Positions 22,860-36,399 of a stretch of 64,000 nt of DNA are shown here, one piece after another. The position numbers and the translations under genes were made by a program. The notes under the pieces are model-generated. The model ran no database searches, was not told the DNA's origin, and saw only the letters and a program-made list of their open reading frames with translations. Origin of the DNA: the human T2T-CHM13v2.0 reference genome, Homo sapiens; the NCBI RefSeq assembly GCF_009914755.1, contig NC_060941.1. One strand, 5' to 3'. Within the stretch, counting starts at the first letter, position 1; each line of letters begins with the position of its first letter.

Positions 22860-23964
22860 CCTTGCTTTGTCACAAAACAAAGCCAATAGGATCACCAACA
22901 GTTTAAGACTGGTTTACTCAAAACGAATTCATTGTTTTACATAGCTGAACACAGAAATGATAAATAATGTTCTATAAATATTTGTTGGTTGACAGCTTTG
23001 GAACAATGTCCTCTAGAAAAAGCTGAACGTAGCCACCCACCTTGTACGAGAGCCGCAAAGAATAGCCATGTGCCTGAATATGTGTCAGCCGCTGTGTGAC
23101 TGGAGGGGCTGAGGAAGGGGCGTAGAGGGTGTTGTGAGGTCCCTTCCGACAAGCAGTCAAGAACGCATAGAAATACATTACAAAAATTAAATAGATAAGT
23201 TGAAATGCATGTTAAGAAGAGCCCCAGAGTGTGGTTGCTTGGGTAGGGGTAGGTTCAGGAATTGAAGGGACGTCCCTAGGGCCTGGGTCCCTGCCTCCTA
23301 ATTTGCCACAAATGTAACAGTGTCTTGTTGCTTCCAGGTCACTCAGGGATTCGACTCTGAGGTCAGTGATGCACTTGGCACCAGAACTCGATGGGGTTGG
23401 CACAGACCTGCCAGCCTCAGCCACTTTCATTCTGGAAGCTGTTAAAAGAGACAGTTATAAAAATTGAGGAATCAGCAAGAGAATTCCTGGTTCCGTGCTA
23501 CCTTCTTCTCTCTGTCTTGGCAAGTGTAGGGCCTGTCCACTTGCTCAGGACTCTTTGTCCAACCTCAGCTCCCTAGACCTTTCATCAGTGGCTCAGGGGG
23601 TCTCTTCAGGCAGCCTCTTCCGGCTAACACTTCCTCCTGTCTTCCCTCTGTCAGGGGCAGCTCTTCCGTGGTTCCTTGCAGACCCCAGGTCAGGCCAGAA
23701 AACACCTCTATGGCCCTTCCCTGTGTCCCACCACCAGATAGGACCTCAAAGGCCTGGGGTCCCCAGGATGGCCCTCAAACCGACTGGTGCCCTTGCAGGC
23801 TGCCACCCTCCAAGTCCTGCTTCTCTCTAGAGATGGGCAGGAGCACCAGCCCTCACCTGGCACCAGCAGTGAGTCTCATAATTGCCATCTACCATTTTGC
23901 TAGGGGGCTTCTGGGGATCCTAGGAAAAGCAGCAGATGCCTGGGTGCTTGGGGACCTGGGCATT
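22860..23964 (-). pseudogene. Decayed CCL3/MIP-1alpha-like CC-chemokine gene relic, copy 1 (exon 2 at 23857-23964, exon 3 at 23343-23438, 3'UTR to about 22860)
   Basis: Exon 2 reads ...HPGICCFS*DPQKPPSKMVDGNYETHCWCQ|gtgag, with the CC-x22-C spacing of CCL3L. The intron is 418 nt (CCL3L 421 nt) and alignable. Exon 3 reads acag|C FQNESG*GWQVCANPIEFW... ITDL...AATCCCTGA. The 3'UTR aligns to the CCL3L AU-rich element. Confidence 0.85.
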
Positions 23965-26900
23965 CTGAGGGAAGGAGCAGCGTGACCCTGAGTCATTTTT
24001 CACTGGGGACAAATGAGCCAACTCCTTCTACCCAGTGATAAAATCAGAAGGAAGCAGATGGAGACAGCACTGTTCAGGGGATGATTTGGGGATGAGAAGA
24101 ACTGGCAGGAAGTTGGGGATGTGGGGGTGAGAAGAACCAGCAGGAAGTTGGGGATTTCTTGTTTCCCCACTTTTCCCTTCCATTTCTGTTTGAGCCTTAG
24201 GTTTGGCCTCCGTCTCCCTCTGTAGGAATTGCAGCTAATTAAATATTCTGCCTCTTATTCCAGCTTTACTGGGGGAACATAATATGGTCTAAGAAGAGAT
24301 TTTTCCAGCAAGAGGCCATCTCTGCAAATCACCTGTGAGGCAGACCTGTGGCAATTTTATGACTCAGCTGGCCACCGGGATTGTAGCTGGGTTCTGCCGC
24401 TTGTTGAAACCTACTCAATGTTCTCCTTCCCTAAGTAGGACAAGACCGTATCCTGCCTTTAAGGTTTATAGAATAAAAACTGAAAACTCTTTGGGGAAGA
24501 AAATCTTCCTGAACAGATAGCCCAGGGCATTTTGAAAATCCCTTAGGAAGTTCTCTGTTTCACTTGGGTACCTTTGTCCTTGGACTTTGGTGATGTGGTT
24601 TGACCCCAGCTAGAGAGTGAGGGGAACAACAGCAAAAGGCAGGACAAAGACTGACTCGTGAGAGGAGGCCCAGGAACAGGGGGCCATTGTGAATGAGGAG
24701 GACGTGGGGGCCCAAGAAAGTGAGCAAAAGAGGACAGGGCTTGCGCACTCAGTCACCAGCCCCCTTCTGGGGTCCAAGCTGTGTCCCCTTCTCTAAAGAG
24801 GTAAGCCCTGAGTCATGGGAAGATGGAAACCGGGGCTCATGAGACAGGATGTTTTTTAAGCACCGTGGTGTCTTGTTGACTTGCACATGCACGGGGGTCT
24901 TGGGTAACCACAGGGCTCAGGGTATTTGCAGGAACAGTTCAAGTGCTCACTTGTCTTGGGGCTGTTTATGGGGAAGTGGTTTCCACAGTGAGAGGAGGTG
25001 AGATATTGTTGTCACCCCGGACGACACTTAGCTAGTTCCTTCTCACTAAAGCTCTGTAGTCATATTTTCCCTGGCAGAGCAGAAACTTCTATGTTATCCC
25101 ACAGCTGTTCTAACGGTGTAGACTTGACTTATGCAATGATGCCAGGAGTCCTGAGCAGCACAGCCCAACTTCAATCACACACAGATGGACAGAGCTGTAT
25201 TAGCAAAGCCTGAGCTACTGAGCGATGAGAGTACAGCCAGGCTTTCAGACATCTGTTCATTCAAGAGAGATATGCGCTAAGCCAAGGACCTAAAGATGTG
25301 TTTAATATGGGTGCTAATATGCATAAGGAACCTTGAAATAAATGTTCTTAGCCTTTGGCCAAGAGGGTCCATGTCTAGGAATCTATTCTCCATAGAAATA
25401 AATTCAAATATGGAAAAAATGAACAATGCATAAGTGTATTTGGTCCCCAGCATATTTATAGCAACTTAAAATTGGACCCAATTTAAATGCCTATGATATG
25501 GAAATGGCTAAGAAAATTATGGGATCTTCCCTTGATTGGCTATTAGGCAGCCTTTACAAACAATGCAGTGACATGAGAAATGCTTATGTTATGGTAAGCT
25601 TAAAAAACTCAAGATGCAAATCAGCTTATTTTAATCAGGAGCCACCTAGCATTTGGGATGTGGTCAATCCCACATAATGTATTTTTGTGGGTGCAGTTCC
25701 CAGGAAAGAGGAGGAATAAAAACGGCAAGTATGAAGTGTCTCCTTCGCTTGCAGTCTCCTTGTCTACCCCTTTGTCCATCCACTATGAAAGGACTCCCTT
25801 CTGTTCCTTAATATGGACAATTTCTATTGAGGACTCATTGTTCTAAGAATTGTCTCATCTCCTCCTGCATCCTCAGTGCCCGATCTTTGGCTTCTATGAA
25901 GGAAGGTGGGTAGTGCGTATGGCAGGTCCAGTTCTACCTTTCTTAGTATGTTCTGGCGTGGGTATGTAGCCCCATTTTCTAGTGGTTACCTTGACATCAT
26001 GAAGAGTTTATGTCTCTTTTGCCCTAGGTTTGGGCAATAGTCATTCACTGTGCAACAGGAAATACACGAGTCAGCATCTTATTAAAAATAAAGTCATTCA
26101 GGAAAGTGGACGACTAATAGTTTCTAATCTAGAGAGCATAGGAGAAGAAATGTTTACCACACACAAAGTATTAGTGCCTTTTATATCACGAAAACAAAAA
26201 TAACAGGAAAAAGACAAACACATTATAGTGAAAACTTGTTTTTCCTAACCAGCATCTATTCTGCATGTTTCCTGATGCCCGAAACTCACATTTCCTCAGG
26301 AAAATCTCCCTTCTGCACCATTCTCAGGCTTTAAGTTTATGTAAAATTCAGTAAACCCAAAGATTCAAGTTATGTGCCTTGATTAACTTAAGCAAATCAA
26401 TGAAACCCATCCCCATAACCACAGCGACAGGTTAGGAAATTCGGTTCCTAAGTCAGTCACATCCGAAAGGGCCTAGTGATGTTTTTTTCCAGTGGGATCA
26501 CAGACTCACTCTTCCTTGCAGAAAATGAACAAAGGATTCATGTAACACTGGCAGGTACTGGCAGCCACCCAGGGCCTCTCACAGGAAAGGGAGATCAGAA
26601 AGAGAAGCAAAGAGGACTCATGAGATACCATAGGGCTGCTGCGTCCAGCCTTGCCTGGAGCTAGGGCCACCTCGATGCCCTATAGTCTTGGAGCCACAAC
26701 GTGCATTTACTCAAAGCCTCTTTGAGTTTGGTTTGCTTGTTTGCTTTCTGCCTGGAAACTGCCAGCATCCTGAGAGATACGAGATCTGCATCTGTGCAGA
26801 GACACAGGGTTTGTTAAAAGTCACAGGCCCTGACTGAAGTGTGGAACTGGCTGAAATGAGAAAGTGGTAATTTGGGGAGGACCTTGTGAAATGGAAGGAG

Positions 26901-27186
26901 TTTTAAACCTTACATGCATCAGAATTACCTGGAGCCTTGTGAAAACACAGGTTGCTGGGCCCTAGTCCATTAAGAAAGGAAGTGGGGCTTAGAATGTTCA
27001 TTTCTCCCATGTTCCCAGGTGATATTCACCATGCTGTCCTGTCTGGACACTACCTTTTGCCATACCCATTACAAGGTATTGCACGTGCTGGTTGAACTAT
27101 GGTCTGTCTTATTTTGGTGCTAAAAGCCTGTGCCAAATACCAACGCTGCAGCATTAAGGAATGTGATAGAAAAGATTCTGAATATA

Positions 27187-27517
<331 letters not shown>

Positions 27518-27865
27518 CTATGTATTACATCAGTAAGGTCCTTTAAGAAAGAGTTTAGGCTGCTTTGAAATGGGCTCATCTGAAATTGAAAAAGGAAGAA
27601 ATTGAACTTGCTAAAAAAGGCCCTTCCAACTTATTGACTGAGAACCCAGTAATCTGGAGACTTGAAGGGCTGTAATGGCAGAATTTTCTACTCTAAGATA
27701 AAGTTAGCATGAGCAGAGACAGGAAGATGAGAGACCTAATGAGGCCAAGGGTCAAATATTCATCACCTCCACATGGGCCAAGATGCAGGCAGAGGTCTCT
27801 CACCAGGGACTTGGTGGTAGAGGTGACACTGGTAGTGAGGTCTGTGCTAGAAAGTGCACATCCCT

Positions 27866-28382
<517 letters not shown>

Positions 28383-28758
28383 TCAGGCTAACTCACACAG
28401 ACAGGAAGTCAGCAGCCTCCAGAAAGCAGATCCTCCACATTGCACATCTCAGATTGTCCGTGGAGGACATTCCCCCAGGGAGGAGAGCTAGGGACTGCCA
28501 GATCAGCTGAACTGCTTAAAAATGCAATTCCCATTCTCCAGTTCCCTAACAGGAGTCTGTGTTTAACTTACTCTGTTTGTTCATAACGCTTGTATTTAGG
28601 GAATATTGGGCATGATTAAACTTTGTTTAGCTTTGGGTTTCTGGACCTTGTGAAACAATTCAGTGCAGGCAAATATTGTATGCCCCTATATTTTTTTCCT
28701 GAAAGTCAATAAAGAAGGAATGATGACACCTTCACTGCATCTATGGGGACAAAAGCTG

Positions 28759-28761
<3 letters not shown>

Positions 28762-28800
<39 letters not shown>
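28762..28800. repeat. (GT)n microsatellite, 6 nt shorter in copy 2 (about 42306-42338)
   Basis: Direct reading. Confidence 0.95.
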
Positions 28801-28805
<5 letters not shown>

Positions 28806-31142
28806 GAGAGACAGAGAACAGCCTTGTCAAAAGGATGTGTTTGTTGCTGTACCCTCATTATACGAAAGCCATCATGGCATCAAAATGCTGTAAGCCAGGC
28901 TGAGCTCTATTCTCTCTGCATCAACTCAGAATCCCTACCAGAAAGTGGTTGTGATGGATGGAATATCACCCATCAAAGAACAGGGTAAGATGAGACCAGA
29001 GAGGTAAGCTATGCAAGCTAATCAGAAAATAACTCAAAGTTTTAAAAGTGCAGAATATAAAAAGGAAAAACCCTCATTCCTAAAAAAATTTAAAAAAAGC
29101 CTCATTTCCTCAAAGAAACGACAGTTAGCTATTTGATGTGTGTCTTTCCAAATATTTGCCTATGTAAATATATGTGTGTATATGGCTTTTAAAAATAAAA
29201 ACAAAATAATATCCTTTACAGACAGTTTTGTAGCATATGTAGAGAATATATATGCATATACTGAATGTAAATAGATATGCATTTTACCTAGAATATTACG
29301 GACACTTTCCACAGTTATAGATGTGTGCTGCTTTTGTTTACTGACTGCAGAATATTCCATTGATGGACATCTTAATCCTCTACTTATTAATCCCCTACTG
29401 ATGACTGTTTGCATTTCTTTGCTCTTTACCAACCATACTTGAAAGAATATCCTCATGTCTACATATTCTTATCTTTTGGCAGTGTTTCTATGAAGCAGAT
29501 TCCTAGAAATGGGATCAGGTCAAATGGGATGTAGGTCACATAGTATGTGCATTTTAATATCTGCTAAGTAGTAGTGTTTAATTATGCTTTAAAGAGTTTG
29601 AGCCCTACAATTCTAAACATGTTTGGACACAGAAATTAGATTATTTTAAACAAAATGAAATAAGCATAGCTCATAAAAATTAACACGTTTGGTTTTCACA
29701 CAAATATTTTGAATTTCCCTTTCTTCTGCAAAAAGGACCCTAGCTTAGTATGCATTTCTTGTACATATAATGCAAGCAATCCATCTATTAAATAACTTAC
29801 CTTTCAAACCTATAGACAGCATCCTGCTCCACACAGAAGCTGGTTGTCTTTTCATTCTCTAACATTAGCTATTTATTTTGTAGAGTGTAGATTCTAGAGA
29901 AATAATGTATAATACACCTGTTGCCATATGCAGAGACTTACCACATTTAGAAAACAGTGGTGAATTCTATTGACAGTGGCTCTCAGTCATTAACATGCTA
30001 TGGAACACCTCATGAGCTTGATAAAAATATCAGTTCCCAGGTCTACACCTAAAGATCCTGATGTAATTGGCTTAAATAATCACTGCTGAAACACTCTATG
30101 TCAACTCAGAATCCTGACAGGAAGTGGTTGCAATGGATAAAGTATCATCTGTTAAAGAATGGGGTAAGATTTGAGTATAGGCGGGTCATACTTTGGGAAA
30201 TAACTTGGTCAATGGTTAACAGCATAGTCTGTAGTTCAATAAAAGTCCAGTTTTGGAACACAATTGACCTTTTACATGCTGTGTAACCTCAGCCAAGTTG
30301 TCTAACCTTTCTGAGCCCTGGGTTACTTTTCTGTCAAGTGGAGGTATTAATAGTACCTAAGCTGTACTATTGCATTGGTAAGATTAAATGAACAATGTAT
30401 AAAAAGCACTCAGTAGGAGTAAGCCTCAACAATGTAAGTAATTGCTATTAAGAGCTTGATTCATCATGAATATGCCCTACAGAATACTCTGCTTAATGGT
30501 GTCCATTCAAGTAGTTAATTCTCCTAGAGCGTGCATATTACGATTTGAGTTATAACATATTCGTAGTTTCAATGTTCCAGAACTTTGTGAAGTGGATAAC
30601 TCTGTCGTAGCGCTCCCCATCTCTCCCAATTTCCCTCCATTTCACCTCTTCCTAATCTTTGCCTATGATTCCTCTTAACCAGTGATTTTGATTTGCCAGA
30701 AAAACAAAACCAAACTCAATACTGGTTTACCGTTTAAAAGAACATCTTTATTATTTCCCCAGGCCGATCACAGCCCTGAACAAAAGCATCTGATACACAT
30801 TTGTCAGTCTGGTGGCTTTGGTGCCATGACTGCCTACACAGGCCGATGACAGCCACTCGGTTGTCACCAGACACACTGTGAGGGAAGGTGGAGGGGACAG
30901 GGGGAACTCTCAGAGCAAACAATCACAAACACACTGTGAAATCAAAAATAAATTATAAAAACTAAATAGTATAAATAAATTAAAATTTAAGTTAAGAAGA
31001 GTCCCACAGTGTGGCTGTTTGGCAATAACCAGTCCATAGAAGAGGTAGCTGTGGAGGTCACACGCATGTTCCCAAGGCTCAGGCTCCTGCTCCTCCCCAC
31101 TGGGCCCACTGAGGTCGCTGGGCCTCGAAGCTTCTGGACCCC

Positions 31143-31769
31143 TCAGGCACTCGGCTCCAGGTCACTGACGTATTTCTGGACCCACTCCTCACTGGGGTCA
31201 GCACAGACCTGCCGGCCTCTCTTGGTTAGGAGGCTGTGGAGAAGGGAGGAAGAGTTAAGCACTGGGGAATCCAGCCGGGGAATCCTGGGCCCACCATGGC
31301 CCTGACATCCTGCTCTCTGTCCTGGGCAGCTCAAGGCCTGCTCCTCTCTCAGGGGCCCCCTGCCTATCTCCGTCTAGAGAGCTTCTCTCAGTGACTCCAG
31401 GCAAGGGGGCCCTCAGAGTGTCCTGCTGCCTCCTTCTTCCTGTTCCTTTCCTCTGGCCTGGGGCAGCCCTTCCTGACTCTGTAACACCCACCTCACTCCA
31501 GCCCCAAGTCAGGTCACACCTCAGTGCCCTGCGTCCTGTATCCCCGATAGGCTCCTGAAGGCTGGGCCTTTCCAGGATGGCCTTCTGGCCTGTTTCTGCC
31601 CCCACCCTGACACTCCCTACCTCCCTAGAGGTGAGCAGGAAGACTGGCACTTACATGACACTGGGCTTGGAGCACTGGCTGCTCGTCTCAAAGTAGTCAG
31701 CTATGAAATTCTGTGGAATCTGCCGGGAGGTGTAGCTGAAGCAGCAGGCGGTCGGCGTGTCAGCAGCAA
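31143..31769 (-). pseudogene. CCL3P1: 5'-truncated CCL3L copy (CCL3L2 / LD78gamma), exons 2-3 only
   Basis: Exon 2 at 31655-31769 ([12 protein letters not shown]...KPSV) and exon 3 at 31143-31233 ([29 protein letters not shown]). Poly-A signal at 30747-30752. Exon 1 and the promoter are absent because the duplication junction lies 26 nt upstream of exon 2, inside intron 1. Confidence 0.92.
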
Positions 31770-31979
31770 CTGCGGAGAAAGGAGAGAATAAGCCCAACTC
31801 TGTATGTGTGCATATGTTTGTGTGTGTGTGTCCTACAGGTGTGAGCGAGTGGATGCTTCCACTACGTGTCTGCACATGTGTGTGTGCACTTGCATTGTCC
31901 TTGCACACCTGCGTGTGTCCCGTGAGAGCGGAGCCCAGCATGTGCTGGCACCTGCAGGAACATGTGAGTGTGCGTTCTG

Positions 31980-33100
31980 TGGGTCCCTGTCCTGATGGCT
32001 CTCCACTTGTCCCGAGTGTCACGACGACGAGGATGGGGACCATATCTTCGGAGCCTGAGGATCCAACACAGGTCCAGCCCTGTGCAGCCGCCCGCCAAGC
32101 CGCCAGAGGACGAGCCGGACGCCGAAGGCTACGAGTGGACGATTGCAGTTAGTTTCCAACTCGCCGACTTCGCGCCCCTCCACTGGCTCCGGCTTGATGA
32201 TCCCGGCTTCGGGGTGCTCTCGGTCCCTCCCCATCGCGTCGTCGCTTTCTCCCTTGGCATAACCCCCAGCCGCGGGGCCGCAGACCCTAAGAGCTCCATG
32301 AGCTCTCCGCGCCCTGCCCACCGGCCCCGGCCCCGACCCCTCCCCAGACCGGACCAGAGAGGTGGGAAGTTTGGGGGCACCCGCTGTGGGTGTCCCGTTT
32401 CCGGGGCTGGGCTCCGGGGAGCCGGCGCGGCGCCCGCTCCCTGCCCGCCAGCCCTTTGGGAGCTCAGGCGCGGGCAGCCGCTTGTGTTCCTGGGAAGGGC
32501 GGAGCTGCGTCCCGGGGAGACACGCCTTGCAGCCGGCAGCCTAGTCGCTCCCCGCTGGCCGGCCGCTCCGTGAGGGCCCCGCAGCGGAGGGTCGGGGCTG
32601 GGGCGGGCTGGAGAGGGGGCCCCGGGCTGGGGCCGGTTCGGCCTCCCGGGTGGCGCGCGGGCCGAAGAACTAGGAGGACCGCCGGGCCGGGCCGCTTGTC
32701 CTTTGGAAAAACCTTGGCGGTTCCTCCTCTGGTGTCCGTGGACCCCGCCGTGGCGTTCTCCAGGGCCGCGGACCTTTGCCCACCGGTCGCGCCAGCTGTC
32801 CTGGAGCAGAAAGGACCCCCCTCCTCCCGGACCGAGCCCCGAGCCCCGAGCCCCATGGAGCAGGCAAGCGCCGGAGTCCCGAGGCTAAGGCCCGGCCGGC
32901 GGGCGCTCTGGCACCTTTTCCCGCCCCCGAGGGTGCCTGTCCGGCCCGGCCGGGACTGGCTGGGAAACCGAGGCCGGAAGAGGTCGCAGTCCAGCAAGGA
33001 ATCGGTTTGTGTGGGGTGGGGGTGGGATGGGAGACCCCTCCCCAACCCCACCAGCCCCAGCCCAGCTGTGGCCCCCGCCGTGTCACTCAGAAAACCAGCG
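31980..33100. promoter_or_regulatory. Duplicated CpG island, now directly upstream of the truncated CCL3L copy
   Basis: Copy of 18440-19560 starting about 200 bp from the exon 2 acceptor at 31770. Confidence 0.8.
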
Positions 33101-34161
33101 TCAAACCCCAGCCCTGCCTGGGATGTGGACCTTGCCTGGGGAGAGTCCCGTTCAGGCTTTTCCAGGGCCTCTCCCCTGAGCAACAGGGGTGTCTGCGCTG
33201 GGCCTGGGCACTCACCAGGGCCTGCAGGCTGCCAGTCTGGAGTTTCCCTAGCATCAAATGTGCCACCGGAAGCTGAAGGTGGGGATGACCAGTGCCCCCC
33301 GGAGCGAAGACCCCCCATCTCTCCAGGATTGGGGGTCTGCTTAGGGGTCCACTTAGGGGTGTATCCCTCAGGCATTGGAAGTGCAGATGGGAGGCCCTGA
33401 GCCATGGTGGCTCCCCCAGTCCCCAGTTCTTTCTCTGTGTAAATCCAGCTTTGCAGGGACGGGGATGTGGTGCATTTCCCGGAAGAGCCGGGGTCCTGGG
33501 GCGTGGGGAGCTGGGGCTGGGTCGTGGGGAGCTGGGACTGGGGTGTGGGGAGGGGCCCAGGGTGAGCAAGCTGAAGCAGGACTGGCACAGGCCTCTGGAG
33601 GGCCTGGGGGAGGCTGGACGCCCCGGGGTGCACCCTTGCTTGTGCACTCTTCTAAGGGTCAGTCTCAGTTTGCCCATCTGTAAATAGGGTTGATTGTCCC
33701 TGCCCTACGTGGCTGTTGTGAGCATTCAATGAGCACTACCAGTCCTGGGAGACTCTTGGTGTTTTTTATTGTGCTAAAATACACAAATATAAATTTCCCA
33801 TTTCAACCATTTCTTTTTGCTCCTTCACTCCCCACCCACCCACCCATTTTTACCGTATAGTTCAGTCGTGCTCAGTACCTTCTACCTTCACGCTGTGTGC
33901 AACCCATCTCCAGAAGCCTCTTCATCCTGCAAAATTGAAACTGGACCCATTAAACAACACCTCCCCATTCCTCCTCCCCCGGCCCCTGGCAACTGCCATT
34001 CTGCTTCTTTCTCCACATATGGAATATATTCTATATACCTAGTTTTACATTAAGATCATAGATAGCTTTGTTTTCAGTATGTATATCTACTTTATTCTTT
34101 TCAGTAATTTCATGTTTATTATGTGGCTGTACCATCATGGTTTAAACTATCCATATTTTAA

Positions 34162-34583
<422 letters not shown>

Positions 34584-35276
34584 TGAAATAGATTCCTAGA
34601 AATAAGATAGACTGAAGAGTATGTAAATTTTAAATTTTTTTACAGACTGTGTCATTGCTTTTTAAAAATGCTGATTACCAAAATGTCACTTTTTGATACT
34701 AAAAAATAGATTGTTTTAAACACACAAAGTAAGTAGGGCTTATCAAAAAGTTAATATATTTTGCATTTCTCACAAGTGTGTTGAATTTCTCCCCCTTGCA
34801 TTGTACAGCAGGAATCCTGACTCAGTCTAACTTTCTTATACTTAAAAAAGTATATACTAAAACATAGGCCAGGAGTTAGCAAACGTTTTCTATAAAAGAC
34901 CAGATAGTAAATATTGTTCTTTGTGGGCTATATAATCTCTGTTGCAACAATGTGACTCCACCTTTGTCTTGGAAAGCTGGGATAGATAATATATAAAAGA
35001 GTGGGAGTGGCTGTGTTTCAACAAAACTTTGTTTACAAAACAGGGGTCATACTAGATTTGTTCTGAGGACCATAGTTTCTTAACCTCAGTCTAGGCAATC
35101 CATCAAGTAATTCTGCATTCACGATAGAAGTCTTATTGTATATATTGGCTGACTGTCTTTCCTTTCTCTAATGTTAACCACTGATTTTGTGGAGCATGGA
35201 TTCTAGGGAAATAATACCCAGGTAAGATGTCTATTACCATGTGTGTCTTATTTTTGAAAGAGTGGTTAAATTCTTA

Positions 35277-35570
<294 letters not shown>

Positions 35571-35625
35571 TCAAAACAAAACAAAACAAACACACAAACA
35601 AAAAACTGGGAGACCGAGGTGGTCA

Positions 35626-35900
<275 letters not shown>

Positions 35901-36399
35901 TTAGTCTGCATGTGTATCACTTGGGGGTTTGGTAAAAATCTAGATTCCCGCATCCAAACCCAGTTCTCTTGTGAGCATTTTAAATGACCATCCCAGGTGG
36001 TTCTGGAATGCTCATAGGATTGCATATTAGTTACACTATTTATTCGCTGCATGGCCATGGACAAGTTGTTTTAACTCTCTGAGCCAACATTTCCTCTTCT
36101 GTTAAATGGGAATATTAATAATACTTAGCCCTTGGAGACACTGTTAGAATTTGAAGCACAATGAATAATTTTTAAGAGAGCTTGACTCATGAGAAAAATA
36201 AGCTTAAATGCATGAATATATATATCAAGCATGAATTTACCTAGTGCATATGCATTATACACTGGGTGCATAATACTTTATAAAATAATCATTGTTTTAA
36301 AAAATAGAGTTTCATTATTTGGGGAGAGGCATTACCGTCATTTCCTTTCTGCTGACTTCCCCTCTTCAGAGTTTTCTGCTCTTCCCCTCCCATCCCACC

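Noticed and set aside
24940-25270. Possible exon 1 of the fossil chemokine (donor-like A|gtgag near 24949)
   Set aside because: No convincing signal-peptide frame or TATA box alignable to CCL3L exon 1 by eye; left uncalled
26750-26820. atctgtgcagagac resembling a chemokine 'ICAD' codon string
   Set aside because: No supporting splice sites, CC exon or UTR homology
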